DNA of 45,307 bases from Bordetella parapertussis (GTDB taxonomy: Bacteria; Pseudomonadota; Gammaproteobacteria; Burkholderiales; SG8-41). Positions 31,330 through 39,864 of the stretch are shown here, in pieces. Under the pieces are notes generated by a model. It saw nothing but the letters and a program-made list of their open reading frames with translations. It ran no database searches and had not been told where the DNA came from. The stretch lies in NCBI GenBank assembly GCA_945893125.1, contig CAMDDY010000001.1, positions 1 to 45,307 of the forward strand, read 5' to 3'. Position 1 is the first letter of the stretch; every line of letters begins with the position of its first letter. Made by a program: the position numbers and the translations under genes.

Positions 31330-32327
31330 GGTCGATTTCCGAGGTATTCAAACCAAGTCTTAGTTGCGACCGAGATCGACTTGGGATCCCATAGCGGGGC
31401 ATCGCGCCAAACATCAATCTCCTGCATCATCATGGCGACGCCCTTTTCGAACGGCACTTGCGGCCGCCATCCCAAGTCCTTCTGGATCTTTTTGACGTCG
31501 GCCCAAGTGCAGTCCGGCTCGCCCGGGCGCTTGGGAATATATTCCTTCTCGCCACCAAGAAGGTCCACCAGCCGGTTCACCGACTGCGGGTTTCCCGCCC
31601 CCAAATTCCAGATCTCGCCCGTCTTGGCGGATTCCGCCGCAAGACGGAATGCCTCCGCAACATCAGTCACATACAGGAAATCCCGCGTCTGCGAGCCGTC
31701 GCCGACTACCGTGAACGACCGGCCGGCGAGCTTCTGCCGGAAAAACACGCCGAATACCGCGCCGTATGCGCCGGTCGTTCGCACGCGCGTCCCGTAAGCG
31801 TTGAATATCCGGACCGAATTCACCGGCAACCGGTAGACCTTGTGCCAGTGGAAGCAGGCAACCTCGCCCATCCATTTCGACAAGGCATACGGATAGTGCG
31901 GCTCGATCGGATGATCTTCGCGCGTGGGTGTCGCAGCCAGTCCGTAACAGGAGGAGGATGCCGCATAGACCAGTTTTCGCACTTTAGCGTCGCGCGCGCA
32001 TTCGAGCACCTTGACCGTACCCTGCACGTTCGCCGACATGTATTCGGCGGGATGCTCGATCGACGGCACGATATCGCCTATCCCGGCAAAATGAAAAACA
32101 TGACGCACGTCCCGAAACAGCGCGTCACCCGGCTCGAGATCGCGCACATCGCGCTTTTCAAGAGAGAAATCCGGATTGGCCGCTTGGTGCGCGACATTGC
32201 TCTCGCGGCCGCTGACGAAATTATCAACAGCCCTGACCCTGTATCCCTGGCCGAGCAGGTTGTCGACCATGTGACTGCCGATAAACCCCGCACCGCCGGT
32301 GACTACGGCGATGGGCTTGACTGTCAT
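31326..32327 (-). CDS. extended SDR, NDP-sugar epimerase/decarboxylase-like
   Basis: 333 aa. [11 protein letters not shown] and YPYALSKWMGE. ATGA overlaps on both sides. Confidence 0.85.
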   Translation of the reverse strand: MTVKPIAVVTGGAGFIGSHMVDNLLGQGYRVRAVDNFVSGRESNVAHQAANPDFSLEKRDVRDLEPGDALFRDVRHVFHFAGIGDIVPSIEHPAEYMSANVQGTVKVLECARDAKVRKLVYAASSSCYGLAATPTREDHPIEPHYPYALSKWMGEVACFHWHKVYRLPVNSVRIFNAYGTRVRTTGAYGAVFGVFFRQKLAGRSFTVVGDGSQTRDFLYVTDVAEAFRLAAESAKTGEIWNLGAGNPQSVNRLVDLLGGEKEYIPKRPGEPDCTWADVKKIQKDLGWRPQVPFEKGVAMMMQEIDVWRDAPLWDPKSISVATKTWFEYLGNRP

Positions 32328-33319
32328 TGAACGCCCAGCCTCTTCATGCGCTTGACGTTGTAATAAATATCGTCCGTCATGCTGTCCGGGAGCTTGCCGG
32401 CTTTGAATGCCTTACACAGATCGCGCACGGCATCCTCGATAGTATGCTTGGGCTTGAATCCGATCACACGGGCGATTTTGTCCGAATTGATGTGATAGGA
32501 GCGAATGTCGTCGCTGGGTGTGGTCACGAGTTCGATATCACCCTTCTCGGGATATTCTTCTTTTACTACTTTGCGAACCGCCTTCGCGATATCCATGATG
32601 CTCAGGTTCTGGTAACCGGCATTGAACGTCTGCCCTGCGATTTTCTCCGCCGGCAACTCGATCAGCAGTTGATACAGATCACACATGTCCTGGATATGCA
32701 GGTTGGGGCGTAACTGGCCACCGCCAAAAACCGTGATCTTATTGTTATTGACCGCGTGATTGGTGAGAATATTGACCGACAAATCCATGCGTGTGCGCGG
32801 GCTATAGCCGCACACTGTCGCTGGACGTATCGTAACGCACGTGAAGTCGGGTCCCTGATGCTTCCATAGCAGCGGCTCGCACATGCCCTTGTATTTGTTA
32901 TAGAGCGACACCGGCACCAGCGGATGATCCTCCGTCACGTCGGGTTTGTCGGAAACGCCATACACCGAGCTTGACGAGCAATAGACAAAGCGCTTGACTC
33001 CCGCTTTCTTGGCCGCAATAACCATCGGCTCGAATGCGTCCATATTGACACTGGTAGACAGCTTTTCGTCGAGCTCGAAACTCGCGTCGTTCGAAACGCA
33101 TGCAAGCGACAGCATGACATCAATGCCCTTGAACATGTCCGCATACTTGGCAATCTCGCGGATGTCCCCCGTGACGAGCTTCAGATTCTGGTGCTTCGGC
33201 AAGTGATTACCGTAAAGATAGGTGTCAAAAACGGTGACGTTGTAACCGGCGTTCAGCAGTTGCGGCGTGAGAACGCAACCCACATAGCCGGCACCGCCCG
33301 TGATGAGGACGTTTTTCAT
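32324..33319 (-). CDS. extended SDR, NDP-sugar epimerase/dehydratase family
   Basis: 331 aa. ITGGAGYVGC, SSSSVYG and LYNKYKGMCE (YxxxK). Confidence 0.85.
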   Translation of the reverse strand: MKNVLITGGAGYVGCVLTPQLLNAGYNVTVFDTYLYGNHLPKHQNLKLVTGDIREIAKYADMFKGIDVMLSLACVSNDASFELDEKLSTSVNMDAFEPMVIAAKKAGVKRFVYCSSSSVYGVSDKPDVTEDHPLVPVSLYNKYKGMCEPLLWKHQGPDFTCVTIRPATVCGYSPRTRMDLSVNILTNHAVNNNKITVFGGGQLRPNLHIQDMCDLYQLLIELPAEKIAGQTFNAGYQNLSIMDIAKAVRKVVKEEYPEKGDIELVTTPSDDIRSYHINSDKIARVIGFKPKHTIEDAVRDLCKAFKAGKLPDSMTDDIYYNVKRMKRLGVQ

Positions 33320-33349
33320 ATTAGCCTGTAGTTAAGTGAAAAGAATCAT

Positions 33350-34105
33350 TCAACCGGCGGCGCGGCGCGCTGCCGCAGGTGCTTCGCCGGCAATCGTGAA
33401 ACCGGCGGCGACCGCGTCGCGGCGAAACATCTCGACGGTTTCGAGCGAATAGTCGTCGAGGTTCTTGCCGACCAGATTAAGCTTGGCCAGCACGTCGTTG
33501 GTTACCGTGATGATGTGGCAGCCGATCGCATCCGCCTGAAAGATATTGAGCAGTTCACGCGGACTGGCCCAGATCAATTCAGCCTTGGGTTTCGACTTCA
33601 TAATCCTGACCGCTTGCGCCATCAACGGCACCGGGTCTACGCCGGTGTCGGCGACGCGGCCCGCGAAAACCGAAATGATCGCCGGAGTTCCCGGCACGAG
33701 GCAATCAGTCACCTGCTGAACCTGATCGAGCGTCATGATCGCGGTGACATTCACGGCAACACCGGCCTTGGACAACTCGCGAATCAACCGACCTGAAAAT
33801 TCACGCCGGGTATTAGTCACCGGAATTTTGACATTAACATTCTTACCCCAAGACGCAATCACCTTCGCCTGGCGCTCCATTTCGTCGAACTCGTCAGCAA
33901 ACACTTCCAGAGACACAGGCCGATCAGGCACTGCAGCCAACAGCTTGCGTGCGAACGCTTCGTATTCTGCGATCCCCACCTTACGCATCAACGTCGGATT
34001 CGTAGTGAATCCCTTGATCAACGGATTCGCGTACATTTTCATGATCCCGTCGAAATCGGCGCCGTCGGCGAAAATTTTGACGCGCAACTTATCGATGGAT
34101 GTCAT
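33350..34105 (-). CDS. transaldolase / fructose-6-phosphate aldolase family protein
   Basis: 251 aa. GFTTNPTL and the Schiff-base lysine context NVNVKIPVT. Confidence 0.85.
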   Translation of the reverse strand: MTSIDKLRVKIFADGADFDGIMKMYANPLIKGFTTNPTLMRKVGIAEYEAFARKLLAAVPDRPVSLEVFADEFDEMERQAKVIASWGKNVNVKIPVTNTRREFSGRLIRELSKAGVAVNVTAIMTLDQVQQVTDCLVPGTPAIISVFAGRVADTGVDPVPLMAQAVRIMKSKPKAELIWASPRELLNIFQADAIGCHIITVTNDVLAKLNLVGKNLDDYSLETVEMFRRDAVAAGFTIAGEAPAAARRAAG

Positions 34106-34125
34106 TGCGAATTTTTCCCCTGGAT

Positions 34126-34677
34126 TTAAACTAACGATAGAATCGAGCGTGTGGCGAAACCAAGCGTACGCGCATAATTATTAGGTATAGCCAACCGCAA
34201 CTCTCTATAGCCGCGATCGATGAAGAAAGTATAACATCCAACCGCTTGCCCAGCAACGATATCCCCCCACCGGTCACCCACCATGAAGCTCCGGGCAAGG
34301 TCGATATCCCACTCCTTGGCGGCCTCGACCAATAGCCCCGGTTTCGGCTTGCGGCACTCACATCCCTCGTTCTGCCGGTGAGGACACACCTTGATATCGT
34401 CTACCGGCAAACGATTCATGAGCTTGTCGTGCATAGCTTCAACGACGTTAACGTCGACGAGGCCGTTGCCAATATCCGGTTGATTGGTCACGACAATCAC
34501 CAGCAACCCTGCGTGTTTAAGGGACTGCACTGCGGGAATCACCCCGGGAAGCAGACGAAAATCCTCGACGCGGCGCGGCGCATAAGGTTTGCCATCGCGC
34601 ACTTCGCAGCGGTTGATTACGCCGTCGCGGTCGAGAAAAACCGCGCGGTGCTTACTGACAATTCGGGACTCCGGCAC
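34126..34677 (-). CDS. gmhB: HAD-IIIA sugar bisphosphate phosphatase (D,D-heptose 1,7-bisphosphate phosphatase-like)
   Basis: 183 aa. FLDRDGVIN nucleophile motif and GmhB-type Zn/Cys motif CPHRQNEGCECRKPKPG. Confidence 0.8.
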   Translation of the reverse strand: MPESRIVSKHRAVFLDRDGVINRCEVRDGKPYAPRRVEDFRLLPGVIPAVQSLKHAGLLVIVVTNQPDIGNGLVDVNVVEAMHDKLMNRLPVDDIKVCPHRQNEGCECRKPKPGLLVEAAKEWDIDLARSFMVGDRWGDIVAGQAVGCYTFFIDRGYRELRLAIPNNYARTLGFATRSILSLV

Positions 34678-34716
34678 GTTTGCGCAGGCGCGATGTAATA
34701 GATGACAAGCAACCGC

Positions 34717-35478
34717 CTAAGGCGGCGTAGTCTGGGTATTCATCCGGTGATACTCTTTTGCCACATCGGCTGTGCTGCCGGTGGCAATGATCCGGCCATG
34801 ATCCATCAGCACCGCCTTGTTGCACATCACATTGATCAAGGCATCGGAATGCGATGCGAGAACCAGTATGCTCGATCGCTCGATCAGCGCATCAATGCGT
34901 TTCTTTACGCGTTCCTGAAACCGTGCATCCCCGGCACCCAAGCCTTCGTCCAGCAACAGAATTTCCGGATTGATTGCGGTTGCAATCGCGAACCCAAGCC
35001 GCGTTAGCATTCCTGTGGAATAGGTACGCACGGGCAGCGAAAGATACTCGCCGAGTTCGGTAAACTCCTCGATTTCCGGAGTCTTGAGCCGGATCTCCTC
35101 GCGGGTCATGCCGAGATAGAGACCGCAAGTCAGGATGTTCTCGTAACCGGTATCGTCCATGCTAAGTCCAGGGGCCGTATTAAGCAATGGCGAAAGTCGG
35201 CCCTCGGTAATGACGCGGCCTGACAGAGGTTCGTACACGCCCGCCAGCACACGCAACAAAGTGGATTTGCCGGCGCCATTGTGGCCGATGAACCCGATGC
35301 GATCTCCGTGCGCGATCGTCAGAGAAATATCGTCCAGCGAGCGCACTGTCACCCGATCACTTTTCTTGCCTTCCCGCCTTATGAGACCACCCGCCCGTGA
35401 CAATAAAGCGGTGCGAAAGCTATGGTGCCCGTAGATCGGGAAATCGACCGTGACGTGCTCAAGAATAATGGATGCCAA
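34717..35478 (-). CDS. wzt: polysaccharide ABC exporter ATP-binding protein (NBD only, 253 aa)
   Basis: Walker A GHNGAGKST, signature YSTGM, Walker B ILLLDE. I place the start at TTG 35478, 7 nt downstream of GAGGAGGA. The 389-aa track ORF extends out of frame into wzm. Confidence 0.8.
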   Translation of the reverse strand: MASIILEHVTVDFPIYGHHSFRTALLSRAGGLIRREGKKSDRVTVRSLDDISLTIAHGDRIGFIGHNGAGKSTLLRVLAGVYEPLSGRVITEGRLSPLLNTAPGLSMDDTGYENILTCGLYLGMTREEIRLKTPEIEEFTELGEYLSLPVRTYSTGMLTRLGFAIATAINPEILLLDEGLGAGDARFQERVKKRIDALIERSSILVLASHSDALINVMCNKAVLMDHGRIIATGSTADVAKEYHRMNTQTTPP

Positions 35479-35498
35479 CTCGAAATCCTCCTCGTCCG

Positions 35499-36296
35499 TC
35501 AGAGCCAGTACGCCACTCGGCGACGGAAACGGCTGTAAATAAATAACGTCAGGCACCAGCCGATAATCGTGCCCAAAAACACCATCTTCCAGTTCAGGGC
35601 ACTCGCAGGCGTACCGAGTAAAGGTTTGCGCACGATTTCGATGTAATGGACCAGCGGGTTGAGGTCTACAAGAATGGTGGCTGCGCGTCCGCTGATCTGG
35701 CTGGGTGACCAGAAAACCGGTGTGACGAACATCAGTATCTGGAGAATGCTGATGACCAACTGCTGCATGTCGCGGTAGCGTGCGCCTATCATGCCGAGCA
35801 ACGTGACAACCCATACGCCGTTTAGGCAAATGAACAAAAGTCCGGGGATGACCTGCAAACTCGCCCAGGTAACAGGTATGCCACAAAACACCATAACCCC
35901 GATATACACGACGCTATTGTGTAAAAAAAGAATGAGATTTCTCCACACCACGGCGCAACTGAGCACCGTATACGGAAAGCGCATCGCCTTGATGAGCGCC
36001 TCGAATGAGATAAACGTCACGACGCCTTCAGCCATAATGGCGGAGATCAGGGTCCAGGTCAGCATTCCCGCAGCGACGAAAGGCAGATAATCGCTGACAT
36101 TCATTTTCCACAATTTCGCCCACACGATGCTGAATGAGACCATGAAGATGCCGAGGCTCAGCGTCGCCCAGAACGGGCCGAAAGAGGTGCGGCGATAGCG
36201 TGCCCGAACATCCGACCAGCCTTGACGCCCCCACATTCGCCACTGCGTCACACCTTCGCGGATATCAGTGAAAGCTAGATCATACTCGGGCTTCAT
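35499..36296 (-). CDS. wzm: polysaccharide ABC exporter permease (ABC-2 type)
   Basis: About 6 TM segments with N-terminal ...VRARYRRTSFGPFWATLS, typical of Wzm/KpsM-type permeases. ATG 36296 chosen; TTG 36323 is possible. Confidence 0.8.
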   Translation of the reverse strand: MKPEYDLAFTDIREGVTQWRMWGRQGWSDVRARYRRTSFGPFWATLSLGIFMVSFSIVWAKLWKMNVSDYLPFVAAGMLTWTLISAIMAEGVVTFISFEALIKAMRFPYTVLSCAVVWRNLILFLHNSVVYIGVMVFCGIPVTWASLQVIPGLLFICLNGVWVVTLLGMIGARYRDMQQLVISILQILMFVTPVFWSPSQISGRAATILVDLNPLVHYIEIVRKPLLGTPASALNWKMVFLGTIIGWCLTLFIYSRFRRRVAYWL

Positions 36297-36432
36297 CTTG
36301 ATCGTATCCAGAAAAGCCTGCAAAAATAATTGTGGTGGCTAGGGCCGCTTCCCGGCATTTCGGTGTTCGCTGTATTAAATTTTCCGTTCGTCCGCGCCCA
36401 CCACCGCAATATGCCCCCAGACAGCATACCTG

Positions 36433-37020
36433 CTACCACTTGGTAGCCTGCTGCTGCAGTATGGGATGGGAAACGAGGCAGTGCCAGACGACCGCCTGAA
36501 AAGCTTCCGTATGCGGAGTTACGTGCGCGGGATCAACGGTCGGAACAACTACGACGTGATCGCCAACCTTCTTGGTATAGCCACCATCGCGGCCGACGAC
36601 GCCGAAAATCTTCATACTACGTACTTTCGCGACTTCCAGCGCTCGCACAAGATTTGGACTGACGTGCTTTTCCAGATTACCGCCCCCCACGGAGAATATA
36701 AACACGCCATCCTTGTTGCACGCCTTGCTGGTTACCAGCCAGGCGGCAAAAACGGTTTCCCAACCTTCGTCATTGGTACGCGCAGTAAGTTCGGATACAT
36801 TATCCGTCGGGGCATAGGATTCAATACCACACAACTTGCGGAAGTCATTGACCGCGTGACTACAATTCCCCGCACTGCCACCAACGCCAAGAAAAAACAG
36901 CCTACCTCCTTCCGACCGAAGCTGAGCAAGGGCAGCGGCCATAGCCTCGATCGCAGAAACATCAAGCGTACGCGCAACTTCGGCAGCTTGATCCAGATAA
37001 GTTTTAACGTGGGAAGGCAT
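36433..37020 (-). CDS. gmhA: SIS-domain ketose-phosphate isomerase (sedoheptulose-7-phosphate isomerase-like, divergent)
   Basis: 195 aa. FFLGVGGSAGNCSHAVNDF, TNDEGWETVF and FSVGGGN align with GmhA motifs GNGGSHCDAMHF / GNDFGFNDIF / STSGNS. Confidence 0.75.
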   Translation of the reverse strand: MPSHVKTYLDQAAEVARTLDVSAIEAMAAALAQLRSEGGRLFFLGVGGSAGNCSHAVNDFRKLCGIESYAPTDNVSELTARTNDEGWETVFAAWLVTSKACNKDGVFIFSVGGGNLEKHVSPNLVRALEVAKVRSMKIFGVVGRDGGYTKKVGDHVVVVPTVDPAHVTPHTEAFQAVVWHCLVSHPILQQQATKW

Positions 37021-37148
37021 TAGTATCTCAGTTTGGATTGATCACAGATGAACTCGGGCACGGATTGTAGCGCCCGGAATTGTCACTGTAAACGATACTC
37101 ACCCTCTAAAACCGACAGCGTTCATCGGTCCGAAGGCTCCGCCGACAG

Positions 37149-37176
37149 AAAAAAACCTCCGCGCGCGAACGCCGAG
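37149..37176 (-). terminator. intrinsic terminator candidate inside the glycan block
   Basis: Directly after the stop at 37177 the minus strand reads CTCGGCG-TTCGCG-CGCGGAG-G-TTTTTTT. This is a 7-bp GC-rich stem with one mismatch, followed by a T7 run. Confidence 0.5.
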
Positions 37177-38376
37177 TCAGCGGCCTCTCCGGTTATGCAA
37201 AGGTCGCAGTTCTTGAATCATTCTGGCCGCACGCTGCGGGACGCGGTTCTTCAATTCTGATACAAGGTTGCGCCAAGGCACACGTCGCAAATGTACCTTG
37301 TCTGCCAGATCAAGCTGAAGTATCGGGTAGACCAAGGGTGCTGTTTTCTTTTCAACGGCAGACCAACTGCTGCCAAGTTCTCCTGAATGCAGTTTTATCG
37401 CTCTCGTAAAAAAGAGCCGGTGCAACGGATTGACGAGTGGCGAATAAGCCATCCCCTGTATATTTGCTATGTTTGGAGCGTTAGGCGTCAATGCAGCGAA
37501 TCTTTCGTCTCTACCTGTGAGAGAAAAAATCAACAGGTTATCCGAGTCCGTCTCAACGTGTATCTGTTCCCAGTCGGTTACGCTATACCCAAGAAAGTCC
37601 CCGTCGATGGTCGAAACCTCGAGGCTGGGGAAATCCTTTGCTCCGCGCATCGATACCAACATCGGGTGCAGATGGAACGCCCGTATCAACAGCCCCGTAT
37701 CTCCTGGCACGTTCCACGTGCACATATGGGGATGCACGGTAAATTGCGGGTGCTCCCAGTTATATCTCTGCACTTCCAAATGCAAGTGGCGCATACCAAA
37801 CTCGACCAGTTCGCGCCCGGAAAATGTGAGCGGGCCATCTCCGTCTAACTTGCCAGTTTGCTTAAGTTCTTCGTAAACGCTCTCCTGTATCAGCCTGAGC
37901 CCGGGTGTCATAACCGCCTGCTTGCCCGCTCTGGCCATCTGCTCCAAATGCCTGAAAGACCCATCCGATATCAGACAATCAGGACAAAGGTACACACAAT
38001 ATCCATCACCTTGGGCAGCAATCTCCGCTGCTGCGCGGTGCCCGCGGGCAGCCTTCAGATGGTAGGGAATGTTCTGTCCCATCCACGGCGAATCAACAAA
38101 TACCGGCTCGATGACCATGCACAGCTTTTTAAAAATCGGAGCGGCCTCGATACGCACGCGATCTGCTGGCGTGGTAAGGATCAGGAAGCGCGATTCCTTC
38201 AGGTTTGATAGCGCCGGTAGATTACCCGGGGACATGAACGTTGGTAGTGCGATGTCAAGGAACATATCGACATAGCTTTCGCCCCAGACCACCATTACAT
38301 AAAAGAACGGCAATGCCGTGTCGACTGAAGGCTGACCCATGTGCGCGCTATCGTTCATCTGTCCATTTCGTTGCAT
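37177..38376 (-). CDS. uncharacterised protein, paralog A (candidate novel glycosyltransferase)
   Basis: 399 aa. No family recognised. Clear homology to ORF 42185..43675 (segments listed in the findings). Start could be M7 or M13. Confidence 0.7.
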   Translation of the reverse strand: MQRNGQMNDSAHMGQPSVDTALPFFYVMVVWGESYVDMFLDIALPTFMSPGNLPALSNLKESRFLILTTPADRVRIEAAPIFKKLCMVIEPVFVDSPWMGQNIPYHLKAARGHRAAAEIAAQGDGYCVYLCPDCLISDGSFRHLEQMARAGKQAVMTPGLRLIQESVYEELKQTGKLDGDGPLTFSGRELVEFGMRHLHLEVQRYNWEHPQFTVHPHMCTWNVPGDTGLLIRAFHLHPMLVSMRGAKDFPSLEVSTIDGDFLGYSVTDWEQIHVETDSDNLLIFSLTGRDERFAALTPNAPNIANIQGMAYSPLVNPLHRLFFTRAIKLHSGELGSSWSAVEKKTAPLVYPILQLDLADKVHLRRVPWRNLVSELKNRVPQRAARMIQELRPLHNRRGR

Positions 38377-38535
38377 AACTGGCGGAGAAGAAAACTGTTT
38401 TAGTCCACTATTGATACAGACAGCAAGTCAAACCAACGCGGACAAATACCGGCAAGTCCAATATCCAAATCCGCCTTGTGACTATGCCACCGCCGTTCCG
38501 ATGAACGCCTTACCCGTGAGCACGCCAGAATACAA

Positions 38536-39543
38536 TCATATCTTACGTGCAATTAACGCCACGCCATTGCCCTGATCATTGAAATGTTCGAATTCCATTC
38601 CCGCCGCCACCACCATCTTGCGCAACTCATCAATCGAATGAAACAGAACGTGGGCCGGGAAATACGCATTCCAGTTATTCACCACATGCCGCGTGAACGG
38701 CAATTCCGGATTATAAAACAGCTTCATAAAGTGATAGTAGAAGAATCTCTGTAAATCGTAATTACCAGCCTTAATTCCCAGAAAAGGGATGTCCTCGGGA
38801 ACATCGATAGTCTGCTTCAATTCGCCCAAAGCTATCCCCAGTTTGGTCAGCGGCTTCATCGCTTCGAAGGCTTCGTCCGGCGCCATCTTTGAAATCACCG
38901 AACGTATGTAGTCGTCGGTGACCTGGCGAATCGGCTTCTGTTGCTGGTAGACCCATGAAATAATCCGGCCGCCCTTTTTTAGCACCCTGGCCAGATCCTT
39001 GAGCGCAGCCCCCATGTCCGGCGTGTAGTGCAGGACACCCGGACAGAAAACAAAGTCGGCCGACGCAGCTGGAAAGGGCAGGCTTTCAATCTTTGCTTGC
39101 ACAAGACCAACCACCATGTTTTCTTTGGCGAAATCCTGTTTGGCCTGTTCGATGGCCAAAGACATATCAATAGCGATATACCTCGTCTTGCGCAGGGAGT
39201 CTCCGAAATAAGCGCGCCCTGCAATGCCCGAGCCACAGCCGATATCGAAGACCACGTCATTTGCTTTGACTTCTTTCTGCACGCGCTTCTGATAATCCGG
39301 AAACATGACTTCGAACAATTCCTGCTGAAACTTGAAGCTCGGCGCATCGTCGTATGCCCCGGGCATGCGCCAATGAAGACCGTAGAACGCCGAAAGCGGA
39401 TCCTCTTTTTCCATCAAAGAGGCCTGCCTCAAGACCCCGTCGCGCACCACGAACGCGGTGTCGTTTACTTTGATCGCGCCGCCCTCTGCAGGCAACTTTT
39501 GACCAAGAGCGCTTTCAACTACGGAGAGAGACATCTGTGACAT
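38536..39543 (-). CDS. class I SAM-dependent methyltransferase
   Basis: 335 aa. Motif I is VVFDIGCGSGIAG, and LKKGGRI is the post-II motif. Confidence 0.8.
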   Translation of the reverse strand: MSQMSLSVVESALGQKLPAEGGAIKVNDTAFVVRDGVLRQASLMEKEDPLSAFYGLHWRMPGAYDDAPSFKFQQELFEVMFPDYQKRVQKEVKANDVVFDIGCGSGIAGRAYFGDSLRKTRYIAIDMSLAIEQAKQDFAKENMVVGLVQAKIESLPFPAASADFVFCPGVLHYTPDMGAALKDLARVLKKGGRIISWVYQQQKPIRQVTDDYIRSVISKMAPDEAFEAMKPLTKLGIALGELKQTIDVPEDIPFLGIKAGNYDLQRFFYYHFMKLFYNPELPFTRHVVNNWNAYFPAHVLFHSIDELRKMVVAAGMEFEHFNDQGNGVALIARKI

Positions 39544-39864
39544 GTTTTCTGGTGTCCTTTCGGGTTATCGAGATTTTACTGAGATTCGCGTTATTCAGTG
39601 CTAACAATCTGGCGTCATCGCGCGATGTGGCGCTCAGATTTTTCCATTGTATTTCCGCTTTCGTGGGAATGGCAAGGTTGCAGAAATTTTGTACACACCT
39701 GCGCGAGTGTCAACAGTCGTCGAAAAAATATCAGATACCAGAGGAATGGCATTATTGAATCAGGAGCAATGCATGGTGCAAAAAAAATTGACGTCACTAA
39801 CCTACCATTGGCAGTTTGACTTACGGCGCAGTCCGGCGAGAAAATCGCTTCCAAAAACCCTTGG

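Noticed and set aside
34717-35886. 389-aa track ORF as the full Wzt protein
   Set aside because: Its first ~136 codons lie out of frame inside wzm (35499-36296) and are Arg/His/Pro-rich nonsense. The ABC domain begins only after a strong GAGGAGGA plus TTG at 35478.
39615-39854. Small ORFs (73-81 aa) in the 321-nt gap as real genes
   Set aside because: They overlap one another on both strands, lack ribosome-binding sites and have no motif. Their composition looks non-coding.
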